Positions 10,119 to 19,345 of a stretch of 64,000 nt of DNA are shown here, piece by piece (within the stretch, counting starts at the first letter, position 1; each line of letters opens with the position of its first letter). The notes under the pieces are model-generated. The model saw nothing but the letters and a program-made list of their open reading frames with translations, was not told the origin of the DNA and did not search any database. Where the stretch lies: NCBI GenBank assembly GCA_963790475.1, contig CAWBOS010000010.1:1600001-1664000 (forward strand), given 5' to 3'. The position numbers and the translations under genes were made by a program. Source of the stretch: an uncultured delta proteobacterium (GTDB lineage: Bacteria; Desulfobacterota; RBG-13-43-22).

Positions 10119-11462
10119 CTACAGGGACTCTATGAAATCTTTCATACTCTTCCTGTCTTCGAGGATGAGGATGGCCTTCATCACTTCTTCGGACTGCTTC
10201 CGGCCTAAGACAGGAACACATAAATCCATGAATTTGGCTTGCACTTTTTTCCTTTTCGTTTCCAGCTCGGGGATTTCATTCATGATGTCATTAAAACCCT
10301 GAAGCCTTTTGCCTGAAAGAGTCTCAACCTCCACCTTGGCCGCTAAGCCCAAGATGCTCGAATCCGGCACGGCCACAATGGATATCTTTTCCATCAAAGA
10401 CTTTATCTGAGGGTCATTGACCTTTTCATCCGTAAAGGCCTGCATGCCCGTGTCTCCTCTTAAAAGGGCATTGGCCACACAATAATAAATACTAAACTTT
10501 CCTTCCAGACCGGTTTTCGGCGTCTTTTTTCCGGCAATATTAATGGCCGTCTGGGTGGTGTGGATGATTATGGATTTAATATCCGGAACAGTTAAATGGT
10601 CCTTGGTTACCATATTAAGCACCGCCTCGATAGCTGAATGAGTTCCGTGGCAGGAAGCATGATATTTCTGGGCCAATTTCTCCGTATCCCAGGTTTTCCC
10701 CAGCGAATCAACGGCTTTTGGGTTCACCCTGCCCTTTAAAAGCTGGAAAAATCCGTCCGGCCCTTCCAGGATATCTTCGGCGGAAGTAAATCCCTCACTC
10801 CCCAGCAAAACCGATTCCAATCCTACCTGGGAGGCCTTTCCGGCATGATAGGGCTTGCACATGGTGCCGAATACCCTCTTTAACCCGGCGGCCTGGGTCC
10901 CGGCAATGCCCAGGGCGTAAACCGTCTGTTGTTCATTTAAGCCCAACAATCGGGCACAGCCGGCGGCCGAAGCCAGACGACCGATGGTCGATGTTCCATG
11001 CCATCCAGCCCCATAATGTTCTAACCCGGCACAGGCCCCGATAACCGCCCCGGCTTTAAGGCCGATAATGTAAGCCGATAAGAATTCGAACCCGCTTTTC
11101 TCCTTCCATTCGGAAAGGGCCAGCAAGGCCGGAAACAAGGTCACCGAAGGATGGCCCTGGAACTGGGCCATGGTATCGTCATAATCCAGGGCATGAGACA
11201 TGGCCCCATTGATCAGGGCCGCCTGGCTGACATTGGTTCTCTGTCCATGGCCCAGGATAGTCGCCTGGGCATTGCCGCCCATGAGGCTGTTATAATGGAG
11301 GAGCTTCAGCACCAGAGGCTCATCCTTTCCGGCCATCAGGACGGCGAACCAGTCCAGAAAGGCGACCTTGGCCTGTTCATAGCATTCCCGAGGAATGGAC
11401 GAAAGGTCGGCTTGGGTGATCAACCGGGCGATGGTTCTGGTCAATCCTAAAGTTGTTTCCAT
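10119..11462 (-). CDS. MmgE/PrpD family protein
   Basis: NGAMSHALDYDD, GHPS, GWHGTST, KPYHAG, KYHASCHGTH, EGKFS. Confidence 0.92.
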   Translation of the reverse strand: METTLGLTRTIARLITQADLSSIPRECYEQAKVAFLDWFAVLMAGKDEPLVLKLLHYNSLMGGNAQATILGHGQRTNVSQAALINGAMSHALDYDDTMAQFQGHPSVTLFPALLALSEWKEKSGFEFLSAYIIGLKAGAVIGACAGLEHYGAGWHGTSTIGRLASAAGCARLLGLNEQQTVYALGIAGTQAAGLKRVFGTMCKPYHAGKASQVGLESVLLGSEGFTSAEDILEGPDGFFQLLKGRVNPKAVDSLGKTWDTEKLAQKYHASCHGTHSAIEAVLNMVTKDHLTVPDIKSIIIHTTQTAINIAGKKTPKTGLEGKFSIYYCVANALLRGDTGMQAFTDEKVNDPQIKSLMEKISIVAVPDSSILGLAAKVEVETLSGKRLQGFNDIMNEIPELETKRKKVQAKFMDLCVPVLGRKQSEEVMKAILILEDRKSMKDFIESL

Positions 11463-11547
11463 GGGTTTGCTCCTTCGATACGAGAAAAAAAATTTTTAGC
11501 CTAAGGTTTGAGGCCTTTTACCTTACGCCTTACGCCTAACGCCTATT

Positions 11548-12345
11548 TTATTTCCCTTTGAATTCCGGTTTTCGTTTTTGCATAAAGGCCTTCTGGGCTT
11601 CCTTGAGATCTTCGCTGTTAAAGGCCTGGGCGATAATTCCATTCGCCTCCCGGCGGTCTTCATCTGACAGGGTGATCGATTTAGACAACAGGTTCAAGAT
11701 GCGTTTCGTCCCTTTGACCGATAAAGGGGCATTGCCGGCAATTTCGCGAGCCATTTCATAGGCAAAGCTCTCCACTTCCTGTCGGGGCAGGAGATAATCC
11801 ACCAGGCCCATTTCCTTGGCCCTTTGGGCCGGATAATAACGACCGGTAAAAAATATTTCTCTGGTATTGGAAATTCCGATCACCTGGATGAAGCGCGTCA
11901 GACCGGAAAGCTGGTATACTAAACCCAGTTTGGCCGGGGGCATCCCCATCCGGATATCGTCGGCGCCGATCCGCAGGTCACAGCAGACGGCCAATTCGCA
12001 GCCGGCACCGAAGGCATAGCCATTTAACAGGGCTATAACCGGATAGGGAAAGTTGATGATGCTCTTGAGGGCCAGGTCCAGGGGGTTTTGATCTCTTAAT
12101 TTTTCCCTGGTTCGGGGTGAGACCTCGGTCGGAATAGCGGCAATATCGTATCCTGAGGAAAAGGCCTGATCACCGATACCCCGGACAACCAACGCTCTTA
12201 TGGCATCCTCCCGGGCGAAATCCTCCAGGGTCTGATGAATCCTGATCAACAGATCCGGAGAAAGGGAATTGCGCTTTTCGGGACGATTGAAGATCATGGT
12301 TGCCACCCGGTCTTTTTTTTCAATTAATAAAATATCTGTGCTCAC
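11548..12345 (-). CDS. Crotonase/enoyl-CoA hydratase superfamily protein
   Basis: NRPEKRNSL, AFSSGYDI, GYAFGAGCELAVCCDLRI, MPPAKLG, C-terminal KRKPEFKG. Confidence 0.92.
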   Translation of the reverse strand: MSTDILLIEKKDRVATMIFNRPEKRNSLSPDLLIRIHQTLEDFAREDAIRALVVRGIGDQAFSSGYDIAAIPTEVSPRTREKLRDQNPLDLALKSIINFPYPVIALLNGYAFGAGCELAVCCDLRIGADDIRMGMPPAKLGLVYQLSGLTRFIQVIGISNTREIFFTGRYYPAQRAKEMGLVDYLLPRQEVESFAYEMAREIAGNAPLSVKGTKRILNLLSKSITLSDEDRREANGIIAQAFNSEDLKEAQKAFMQKRKPEFKGK

Positions 12346-12366
12346 TTGGGCACCTCCTTAGAAAAT

Positions 12367-12503
12367 AGGGTTCAAGGATTCGAGGTTTCAAGGATTCAAG
12401 GGTTTTAATTTCCATGCCGTTCACTTGAAACCTTGACCCCTTGGCCCCTTGAGTCCTTTTTATGCTTTTTCTTCTCTAAACCTTAGACCTTGAACCTTAT
12501 ACC
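12367..12503. repeat. Inverted arrays of 7-8-mer tandem repeats
   Basis: GGTTCAAG/GATTCGAG/GTTTCAAG/GATTCAAG followed by CTTGAAAC/CTTGACCC/CTTGGCCC/CTTGAGTC, then CCTTAGA/CCTTGAA/CCTTATA. Confidence 0.7.
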
Positions 12504-12507
12504 TTTT

Positions 12508-12912
12508 TTATCCGTTGATCCGGACATGTTTCTTGATAGACTCGACCACCTGATTAATACTGGTTCCGGAAGTAAAAATTTCTTTTACCCCTAATTCCTT
12601 TAAGGCCGGGATATCCTCATCAGGAATCAACCCGCCTACCAGCAGGACCACATCATCGGCCCCCTGGGCCTTTAACCCCTCGGCCACTCGGCGGGTCAGG
12701 GCCAGGTGGGCCCCGGAGAGGATGGAAAGCCCTACTACGTCCACATCCTCCTGGATGGCTGCCCGGACAATGGAATCGGTGGTCTGTCGCAGCCCGGAAT
12801 AGATCACTTCAAAACCGGCGTCGCGCAAAGAATAGGCGATTACTTTGGCCCCTCGGTCGTGGCCATCCAATCCTGGCTTGGCCACCAGGACTCTGATTTT
12901 CTTTTCGGTCAT
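12508..12912 (-). CDS. Cobalamin-binding small subunit of acyl-CoA mutase
   Basis: [14 protein letters not shown] (DxHxxG base-off motif), [12 protein letters not shown]. Confidence 0.95.
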   Translation of the reverse strand: MTEKKIRVLVAKPGLDGHDRGAKVIAYSLRDAGFEVIYSGLRQTTDSIVRAAIQEDVDVVGLSILSGAHLALTRRVAEGLKAQGADDVVLLVGGLIPDEDIPALKELGVKEIFTSGTSINQVVESIKKHVRING

Positions 12913-12938
12913 CGTTGTTCTCCTTCAATCGTAATAGT

Positions 12939-13233
12939 TCAGCCACCAAGTCACTAAGCAACAAAGACCTGCGGGTCTGCAGGCAATAATTCTCTTGATC
13001 CCATTTTTAATGATAGGTTATCGGAATATCGACTTGCCTTTGGTATTTCAATTCTCGCTTGGATAGTTCATGACAAAAACAGACCTCATAGACCCTCTCA
13101 AGCAAACCCGGTCCTAATGTTTTATGTACTGTATAGGCAGCGTCCACAATTTTTTCAGCAATAAATTCTTCTCTTTCTGATAAGGGTTTAAACATCATAT
13201 CCATTCTTTGCGCCTTCGTGTCTTAGTGGCTGA
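12939..13233 (-). pseudogene. GxxExxY-family protein remnant (internal deletion) bounded by 29-bp imperfect inverted repeats
   Basis: VHKTLGPGLLERVYE motif; out-of-frame C-terminal IIKNGIKRII follows directly; IRs 12939-12967 and 13205-13233 match at 23/29. Confidence 0.82.
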
Positions 13234-13241
13234 GGGTACCT

Positions 13242-15062
13242 TCAATCAAAAATAGGGTCACATTCAATCAAACCCACCGGAATACCGGTCACACGTTCAA
13301 TATCTTTATAGACTCGGCCGCTCAAATCCCTTCCCCATCCGCTCATATGGAAAGGAGAGGATGGAATGACCACCAGATCAGGCGACACCAGGCCCTCCCT
13401 TAAAAAATCTTTTACAGCGAAGATAAAATCTTCGACCATTAATAAATCACCCATAAAAATATTTCCCCCCAGGCACCGGTTGGGGGGAACACGCAGATGG
13501 AGCTTAATCTCGGCCGGAAAAGGGGTTTCTCTGATCCTTTTTTCCAGCGTGGGCCTAACCAGGGTGGAGGTTAGAATGAGGATCTCCCGGGCCTGTACCT
13601 TTAGAATCAGGTTTCTTAATCGTCCTGTCCAATCCAAGGGAATCCCGGAGGATGGAAAAACGCACCCGGCGTAGGGAACTATTTTAGGATCAAAAGGATA
13701 GGCAAAGTTGTTTAATTCCAGGGACAGATCGTCCGGCCCGTCCGGTCGGGCAACGGTCACCGAGACCCTTTCCAACAGGCTGCTCTGGACCAATCCCAGG
13801 AGGGAAAGGGCTTGGGGCCGGGTTTTGATCGGAAGGCCGTTGATAGCATTCAATCGATCGCCCATTCTCAGACCGGCTCCGGCTGCCGGAGAATTCTTGA
13901 TCACCCCGATCAGCCGAGGGGTGTCTACAGCCTCCGGGTCGAGATATTCTTCAAACAGGCCAGGCCGGATGATCAAAGGACAATCGGTCAGGGATCGAAG
14001 ATGTTGGATCTCGTCCTTCACTCGATTCCAGACCTCTTCCCGATCAAAAAGGGTCTCCTTGGAAAACAGCCCTGAGTACCCCGGCAAACTAATTTGAATA
14101 AAGGCCGGGTTGAATTGGGCCGAAAAGGCCACGGTATGGACCAGGTCCTCCACCATTTCTTCAACGGAAGGAAAAGGCCAGGGGACAATGACCACCGAAT
14201 AAGGGATGAGCGCCGATTGGAGGGCCGCCGGAGCACTTAAAGCCGTTTCCGGGTGAAGGTCTCTCATCAGCCAGCGTCGTCGGCTGGCAGAACTGCTGTT
14301 CAAAGAGATATCGACAAACAAAGGCCGGAATTGCGCCAGGGCGGTTATGATCGCCGGGGTGAGTTGCGCGCCGTTAGTCGGGATGCGCAGGACCTCAGCG
14401 GTTTTTTTACGAAGGGCGGCCAGGATCTCCAGGATATGGGGATGGGTCAGCATCTCACAGGGACTACCCACGTCCGGGAAAAAACCCATCTTAGATCCGG
14501 GCACATAACAGGTGATGCGGGCCAGAATTTCCTGAAATTCTTCCTCGGCACTGCCGGGGTTTTCTTGAAAGGCCGGGGGGCTGCCGAGGTTATAACAAAA
14601 AAGGCACCTGAGATTGCAGCGGGTGGCAGCCTGGGCCAGGATGTCGGAGGCCCCGCCTCCTGGTCTCAGCCATCGGGCTGGTTTTCTTAAACGAAAACCG
14701 TCAATCTGAACTGGCTCATTATGGAACTCAAATTCGACTACCGACAAGAGCGATTCTATTAATTTTCGGATGTAGGTCAGGCGTGGCTCATAGATATCCA
14801 GACGATTATCGGACCGGCGGAAATCGCAGGTTTCATCAATAAAAAGTGGATGAACCAAATCGGGTCCGCCAAGAGACCGGTATCCATCGATGCGGACCTC
14901 TTCCCCTTTCCAGGTGGGAGTTAGCAGGTCCAGGAGGGCGCGAAGGTGCCGGCCCGGCAGGTCAATCAGGTTCAACCGGGCCGCATACGAGTTGTCATCA
15001 ATGGGGTATCGGAAGAGATATTCTTTGTCTTCGTCGGGCGTCCGGCCTCGATTTAATTCCAT
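13242..15062 (-). CDS. Radical SAM protein with PDZ and DUF512-like C-terminal regions
   Basis: CNLRCLFC (CxxxCxxC); VIKNSPAAGAGLRMGDRLNAING is PDZ-like; NRCLGGNIFMGDLL..GRDLSG; the ATG at 15062 avoids overlap with the mutase gene. Confidence 0.8.
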   Translation of the reverse strand: MELNRGRTPDEDKEYLFRYPIDDNSYAARLNLIDLPGRHLRALLDLLTPTWKGEEVRIDGYRSLGGPDLVHPLFIDETCDFRRSDNRLDIYEPRLTYIRKLIESLLSVVEFEFHNEPVQIDGFRLRKPARWLRPGGGASDILAQAATRCNLRCLFCYNLGSPPAFQENPGSAEEEFQEILARITCYVPGSKMGFFPDVGSPCEMLTHPHILEILAALRKKTAEVLRIPTNGAQLTPAIITALAQFRPLFVDISLNSSSASRRRWLMRDLHPETALSAPAALQSALIPYSVVIVPWPFPSVEEMVEDLVHTVAFSAQFNPAFIQISLPGYSGLFSKETLFDREEVWNRVKDEIQHLRSLTDCPLIIRPGLFEEYLDPEAVDTPRLIGVIKNSPAAGAGLRMGDRLNAINGLPIKTRPQALSLLGLVQSSLLERVSVTVARPDGPDDLSLELNNFAYPFDPKIVPYAGCVFPSSGIPLDWTGRLRNLILKVQAREILILTSTLVRPTLEKRIRETPFPAEIKLHLRVPPNRCLGGNIFMGDLLMVEDFIFAVKDFLREGLVSPDLVVIPSSPFHMSGWGRDLSGRVYKDIERVTGIPVGLIECDPIFD

Positions 15063-15072
15063 CTTGAAATCC

Positions 15073-16818
15073 TTAAAATATGGAGGGGGGATCATATTCT
15101 CCGAAAACATCTCTGAATACGTCACAGACCTCTTGCAAAGAAACATAAGCCTTGGCGCAGGCGATCAGATGAGGCACCAGGTTCATATCTTTCTGCCCCG
15201 CCTGTTCTTTTAATTCAGCCAACAGCTTTTGCACCTCCTGGTTGTTCCGGTTCTTTTTAACCTCCTTCAAGTTGGCAATCTGCCTTTCTTCGGCCCGGGC
15301 ACGGCGGTCGGGATCATAGGGGTGCGGGACCAGGCGGGTGGTCTGCACTTCGAGTTCATGTTCGCCGGTAAAACAGTTCACCCCCACCACCAGAGTCTCT
15401 CCGCTGGCTATTTTTTTCTGGTGTTCATAGGCGCTTCGCGTTACTTCCCGCTGCACGTAGCCTTGCTCGATGGCCGTCACGATACCGCCCATTTTATCCA
15501 ATTTTTCCAGCTCGGCCCAGGCCTCTTTTTCAATCGCATCGGTAAGGGATTCGATACAATAGGAACCGGCAAAGGGATCTTCAACTTCCAGCAGTTTGGC
15601 TTCACAGGTCAGGATGCGGCTGACGTCCTGGGATAATTGCTGGGCCTCCCTGCTCCAACCCAATCCAAGGGGTTCATCGTAAGGAGGGAAAGCCGAGGGA
15701 GGTCCTCCGGACATGGCCCCGGCCACCGCCCCGAGAACGGCCCGAGTCAGGTTATTGAGGGGACGTTGTTTGGTGGTACTGGAGGGACCGATGTGGGCGG
15801 TCATATTCATTCTAAGCAGCATGCTTCGGGGGTTCTTGGCTCCAAAGCGTTCCTTGAGGAGGCGGGCATACATGCGCCGGGAAGCCCGTTGAAAGGCGAT
15901 TTCCTGCAGGAACTCCATACTGCCGCCCATGGCATTAAAGGTAAAACGAGGGGCAAAGACATCCACGTCCAAACCGGCATTAATCCCTTCTTGCAGATAG
16001 GCAGAGGCGATGGCCATACTATAGGCCAGATCCTGTGTACGCGAGGCCCCTGCCTCCCGGATATGATACCCTCCCATGCTGGTGATATTCATACGGGGCA
16101 TATATTGGTTGGCAAAAACCAGGATATCTCTAAAGAGTCGCATGGCCGGCTTGGGGGGAAAGATATAGGCCCCGCGGGCGATATATTCCTTCAGAATATC
16201 ATTCTGAGGGGTGGCCTGTAATTTTTCCGGGGAAATGCCCCGGTTTTCAGCCAAAGCGGCGTACATGGCGATTAAATAAATGGCCGGACCATTGATGGTA
16301 AAATTAGAGGCGATGCGGTCCAGATCGAGCTCTCCCTGATACGGTTCATAAATGATTTCCATGTCACGGAGGGTGTCTATGGCCACTCCGACTTTGCCCA
16401 CTTCACCGGCCATTAGAGGGTTATCCGAGTCATACCCGCACTGGGTTACAAGATCCATAGCCAAGTTTGGGCCTTGCCTACCTCCCCGTGAAATATTCTG
16501 TTTATAATAATCCCTCGTGTCCTCTGGCGTTCCATATCCGGAATAGCCGGAGGCGCGGGTCAAACCGGAACCTGACGGGGCCCTGGCGGCCATCTTGGCG
16601 GTACCGGCTCTGGGATCAAAAGGATAAACGCTCGCCGTAAACGGATATTCTCCCGGAAAGCTCACTTGGGTCAGGAAATCAAAGTCCGGAGTATCCAGGG
16701 GGGTATAAAAACGGCTGGGGGCCTCTTTCAAATAAGGAAAACGCTCTAAGGCTTTCTTTACCGTTTTTTCCTGCCAAACCTGCCTTCTTTGACGTATCTT
16801 TTCATACTGGTCGCTCAT
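15073..16818 (-). CDS. Adenosylcobalamin-dependent acyl-CoA mutase large (substrate-binding) subunit, divergent
   Basis: FPGEYPFT, GEVGKVGVAIDT, QNDILKEYIARG, GYHIREAGA, DPFAGSY..ESLT, VVGVN. Confidence 0.92.
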   Translation of the reverse strand: MSDQYEKIRQRRQVWQEKTVKKALERFPYLKEAPSRFYTPLDTPDFDFLTQVSFPGEYPFTASVYPFDPRAGTAKMAARAPSGSGLTRASGYSGYGTPEDTRDYYKQNISRGGRQGPNLAMDLVTQCGYDSDNPLMAGEVGKVGVAIDTLRDMEIIYEPYQGELDLDRIASNFTINGPAIYLIAMYAALAENRGISPEKLQATPQNDILKEYIARGAYIFPPKPAMRLFRDILVFANQYMPRMNITSMGGYHIREAGASRTQDLAYSMAIASAYLQEGINAGLDVDVFAPRFTFNAMGGSMEFLQEIAFQRASRRMYARLLKERFGAKNPRSMLLRMNMTAHIGPSSTTKQRPLNNLTRAVLGAVAGAMSGGPPSAFPPYDEPLGLGWSREAQQLSQDVSRILTCEAKLLEVEDPFAGSYCIESLTDAIEKEAWAELEKLDKMGGIVTAIEQGYVQREVTRSAYEHQKKIASGETLVVGVNCFTGEHELEVQTTRLVPHPYDPDRRARAEERQIANLKEVKKNRNNQEVQKLLAELKEQAGQKDMNLVPHLIACAKAYVSLQEVCDVFRDVFGEYDPPSIF

Positions 16819-16853
16819 GGCCTTCCCTCCAAATTAAAATACTTGAACTGCAG

Positions 16854-16972
16854 TTTAGGTATACGGTGTAAGGTTTAAGGTATAAGGTATAAGGTTCAGG
16901 TTCAGGTTCAAAGTTCAAAGTTCAAAGTTTAAGATTCAAGATCTTTACCTTATACCTCATACCTTGTACCAT
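16854..16972. repeat. Inverted arrays of heptamer tandem repeats
   Basis: (TAAGGTA/TAAGGTT/AAGTTCA)n followed by (CCTTATA/CCTCATA/CCTTGTA)n. Confidence 0.7.
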
Positions 16973-16978
16973 GCCGTC

Positions 16979-17716
16979 TTATGCATTGCCCCTTACTAAT
17001 TCGGCAACCCCTTTATAGGCATCTCCCGGGAAAAAAGTGATCGCCATCTCTAAGGCCCTACCGAACCTCGAAAAATAAACGCGTTTGATAACCAGAAGCG
17101 GATGTCCTTTTTTGACCTTCAGGATGGAGGCCAAATTTTTATCAGTCACCGAGGCGTAGGTGATCTGCCGGCTTCGCTTTACCGTCTCCAGGGATTCTTT
17201 CTCGACTCTCTCGATAAAAAGCGGGCGATCCGGATCGGTTATCTTTATGTTTTCCCCTATTTCTTCGGGGACATAGGCCTGAAAAAAGGCCTGGCGTTCA
17301 TTAATCAGATGCCGTAGTCCTTCGAAGAGATAAACTTTTTCCCCTGAGTTCAGCATCATATCCTGAATTATCTGGGGAGAAGGGTTGATCAATTTTTTCG
17401 AATGAAGTTTTAAAGTAGTCTGGACGCCGAGATCAAAAAGATCATCGACTGTTCCATAGAGCTTAAACTGGAAGTTGTTGTTTTTACGAAAAGAGACGAA
17501 GGTACCCCGCCCCTGTTCCCGGCGAATAAGGTTGTCACTTTCAAGAGACAAGAGGGCCTGTCTAACGGTTATTCGGCTGACCCCGAACTCCTGACACAAT
17601 TCTTTTTCAGTAGGAACGGCCTGATCGGACTTGAGTTTGCCGGAAAGGATTCCTTTTCGGAGGACCTTTTCCAGTTGATGGTACAGAGGAATGGGGGTTT
17701 TTTTTAATTTTATCAC
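16979..17716 (-). CDS. GntR family (HutC/UTRA) transcriptional regulator
   Basis: PLYHQL, PTEKELCQEFGVSRITVRQAL, REQGRGTFV, UTRA-like C-terminus. Confidence 0.93.
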   Translation of the reverse strand: MIKLKKTPIPLYHQLEKVLRKGILSGKLKSDQAVPTEKELCQEFGVSRITVRQALLSLESDNLIRREQGRGTFVSFRKNNNFQFKLYGTVDDLFDLGVQTTLKLHSKKLINPSPQIIQDMMLNSGEKVYLFEGLRHLINERQAFFQAYVPEEIGENIKITDPDRPLFIERVEKESLETVKRSRQITYASVTDKNLASILKVKKGHPLLVIKRVYFSRFGRALEMAITFFPGDAYKGVAELVRGNA

Positions 17717-17801
17717 AACCTCTTTCCTTTGGGGTGACGATGGCGGGTAAACCCGCTACCTATGGGAAAGGTTCTTGGCCCTCTTAATTCCGGTGGAAGA
17801 A

Positions 17802-17830
17802 AGGTTATAATGTCATAACAAATATGTCAA
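17802..17830 (-). promoter_or_regulatory. Sigma70 promoter with an overlapping GntR-type operator
   Basis: Minus strand TTGACA-17-TAACCT; imperfect palindrome TGTTATGACA (17811-17820) lies between the hexamers. Confidence 0.6.
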
Positions 17831-18120
17831 TTAATATTTACACTGTTTCGTAATGAATCTTTGTTAAACCTCATTAATTTAAAAGACGCCTCGGCCCTAA
17901 GAGGCCGTTGGGGTCCATACCTCTTCTACGCTGTTAATCTGCGGCCTGATTAGGACTCCATTTCAAGATTTCCTTTTTTTCCCTGTTCTGGTGAGGCCTC
18001 GGTGTTTATGACTGGGGGAAAAACGGGAAAGAGGGACCTTATATCCACATCGATACCCGGGGATTTAAGGCCCGCTGGTGACGATATTCAAAAAAAGGGA
18101 AATAATTAGTGATAAGGGTG

Positions 18121-18149
18121 TTGACAGATTGCCCATGATTCTGTAATCT
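18121..18149 (+). promoter_or_regulatory. Sigma70 promoter of fabH
   Basis: TTGACA-17-TAATCT. Confidence 0.55.
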
Positions 18150-18241
18150 CAATCAATTCGTTAATTTCCTGGCCATTGCAAATTGGCACTGAATTATTGT
18201 TCAAAACGTTTCTATAGTTGTCTGTTAAGGAGTAACGCGCA

Positions 18242-19225
18242 ATGTCGATCCGAATCCTGGGAACAGGAAGCTACTTGCCCCCCCGGGTCCTTCACAACCG
18301 GGACCTCGAAATAATGATGGACACCACGGATGAATGGATTTCCCAGCGAACCGGTATTCACGAAAGACGTATGGCCGATCCGGAAATTGCCGCTTCCGAC
18401 TTGGCCCTGGAGGCATCCAGGTCAGCCCTGGAAATGGCAGGCAAGAAGGTCGAGGATATTGAACTCATCATCATGGCCACCATCACCCCGGATACCCATT
18501 GTCCGGCCGGCGCCAATTGGCTTCAGGCCAAACTGGATGCCCCCCAGGCAGTGACTTTTGACGTAACGGCGGCCTGCTCCGGTTTCATCTTTGCCCTGAA
18601 CGTGGCCGAACAATATATCAAAGCCGGGACCTACCAAAATATCCTGGTAGTCGCCTCGGAAATTATGACCAGGACTTTAAACTGGAAAGATCGTTCCACG
18701 GCCATCCTCTGGGGAGACGGGGCCGGGGCTGTTTTTCTTTCCGGAAATGGGGACAATCCCCAAATCCTTTCCACCCACATCCATACTGACGGGGCCAATG
18801 GAACCAATTTATTGATGCCCGGAGGGGGTTCCAAGACGACGCCCATCTCTCATGAGAGTGTGGATAAGGACCTTCACACCCTCAAATTGATCGAGGCCAG
18901 CGCTTCGGTTCGGGTGGCGGTCAAGCACTTTTCCGAGGCCTGTCTGGAGGCTGTTGAGGCCAACGGATTTTCCATCAAGGATGTTGATTGGGTCATCCCC
19001 CATCAAGCCAATTTGCGTATGATACAATCTTTGGCCAAACGGCTGGACCTTCCCATGGATAAATTTTTCATGACCATCCATAAGTACGGCAACATCTCCT
19101 CGGCTTCCGTTGCCATTGCTTTGGATGAGGCGGTTCGTAGCGGTGCCATCCAAAAGGGGCACCTGGTTTTGCTGACAGCCTTTGGCGGAGGCTTGACCTG
19201 GGGCAGTGCCCTCATAAGGTGGTGA
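18242..19225 (+). CDS. fabH: 3-oxoacyl-ACP synthase III
   Basis: DTTDEWISQRTGI, AACSGF (Cys), PHQAN (His), YGNISSAS (Asn), AFGGGLTWG. Confidence 0.96.
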   Translation: MSIRILGTGSYLPPRVLHNRDLEIMMDTTDEWISQRTGIHERRMADPEIAASDLALEASRSALEMAGKKVEDIELIIMATITPDTHCPAGANWLQAKLDAPQAVTFDVTAACSGFIFALNVAEQYIKAGTYQNILVVASEIMTRTLNWKDRSTAILWGDGAGAVFLSGNGDNPQILSTHIHTDGANGTNLLMPGGGSKTTPISHESVDKDLHTLKLIEASASVRVAVKHFSEACLEAVEANGFSIKDVDWVIPHQANLRMIQSLAKRLDLPMDKFFMTIHKYGNISSASVAIALDEAVRSGAIQKGHLVLLTAFGGGLTWGSALIRW

Positions 19226-19345
19226 ACTAAGAAAAGTGACCAGTGACCAGAAAAAACATAATTGGTCATTCTTGTTAATTAGCACTTGTCGCCCGTCACT
19301 TCATTAGGCTGTTGACTAAACAGGATGCGGAAAAACTCATTTTTC

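Noticed and set aside
16854-16972. CRISPR array
   Set aside because: Degenerate 7-mers without unique spacers; no cas genes and no repeat-spacer periodicity anywhere in the window
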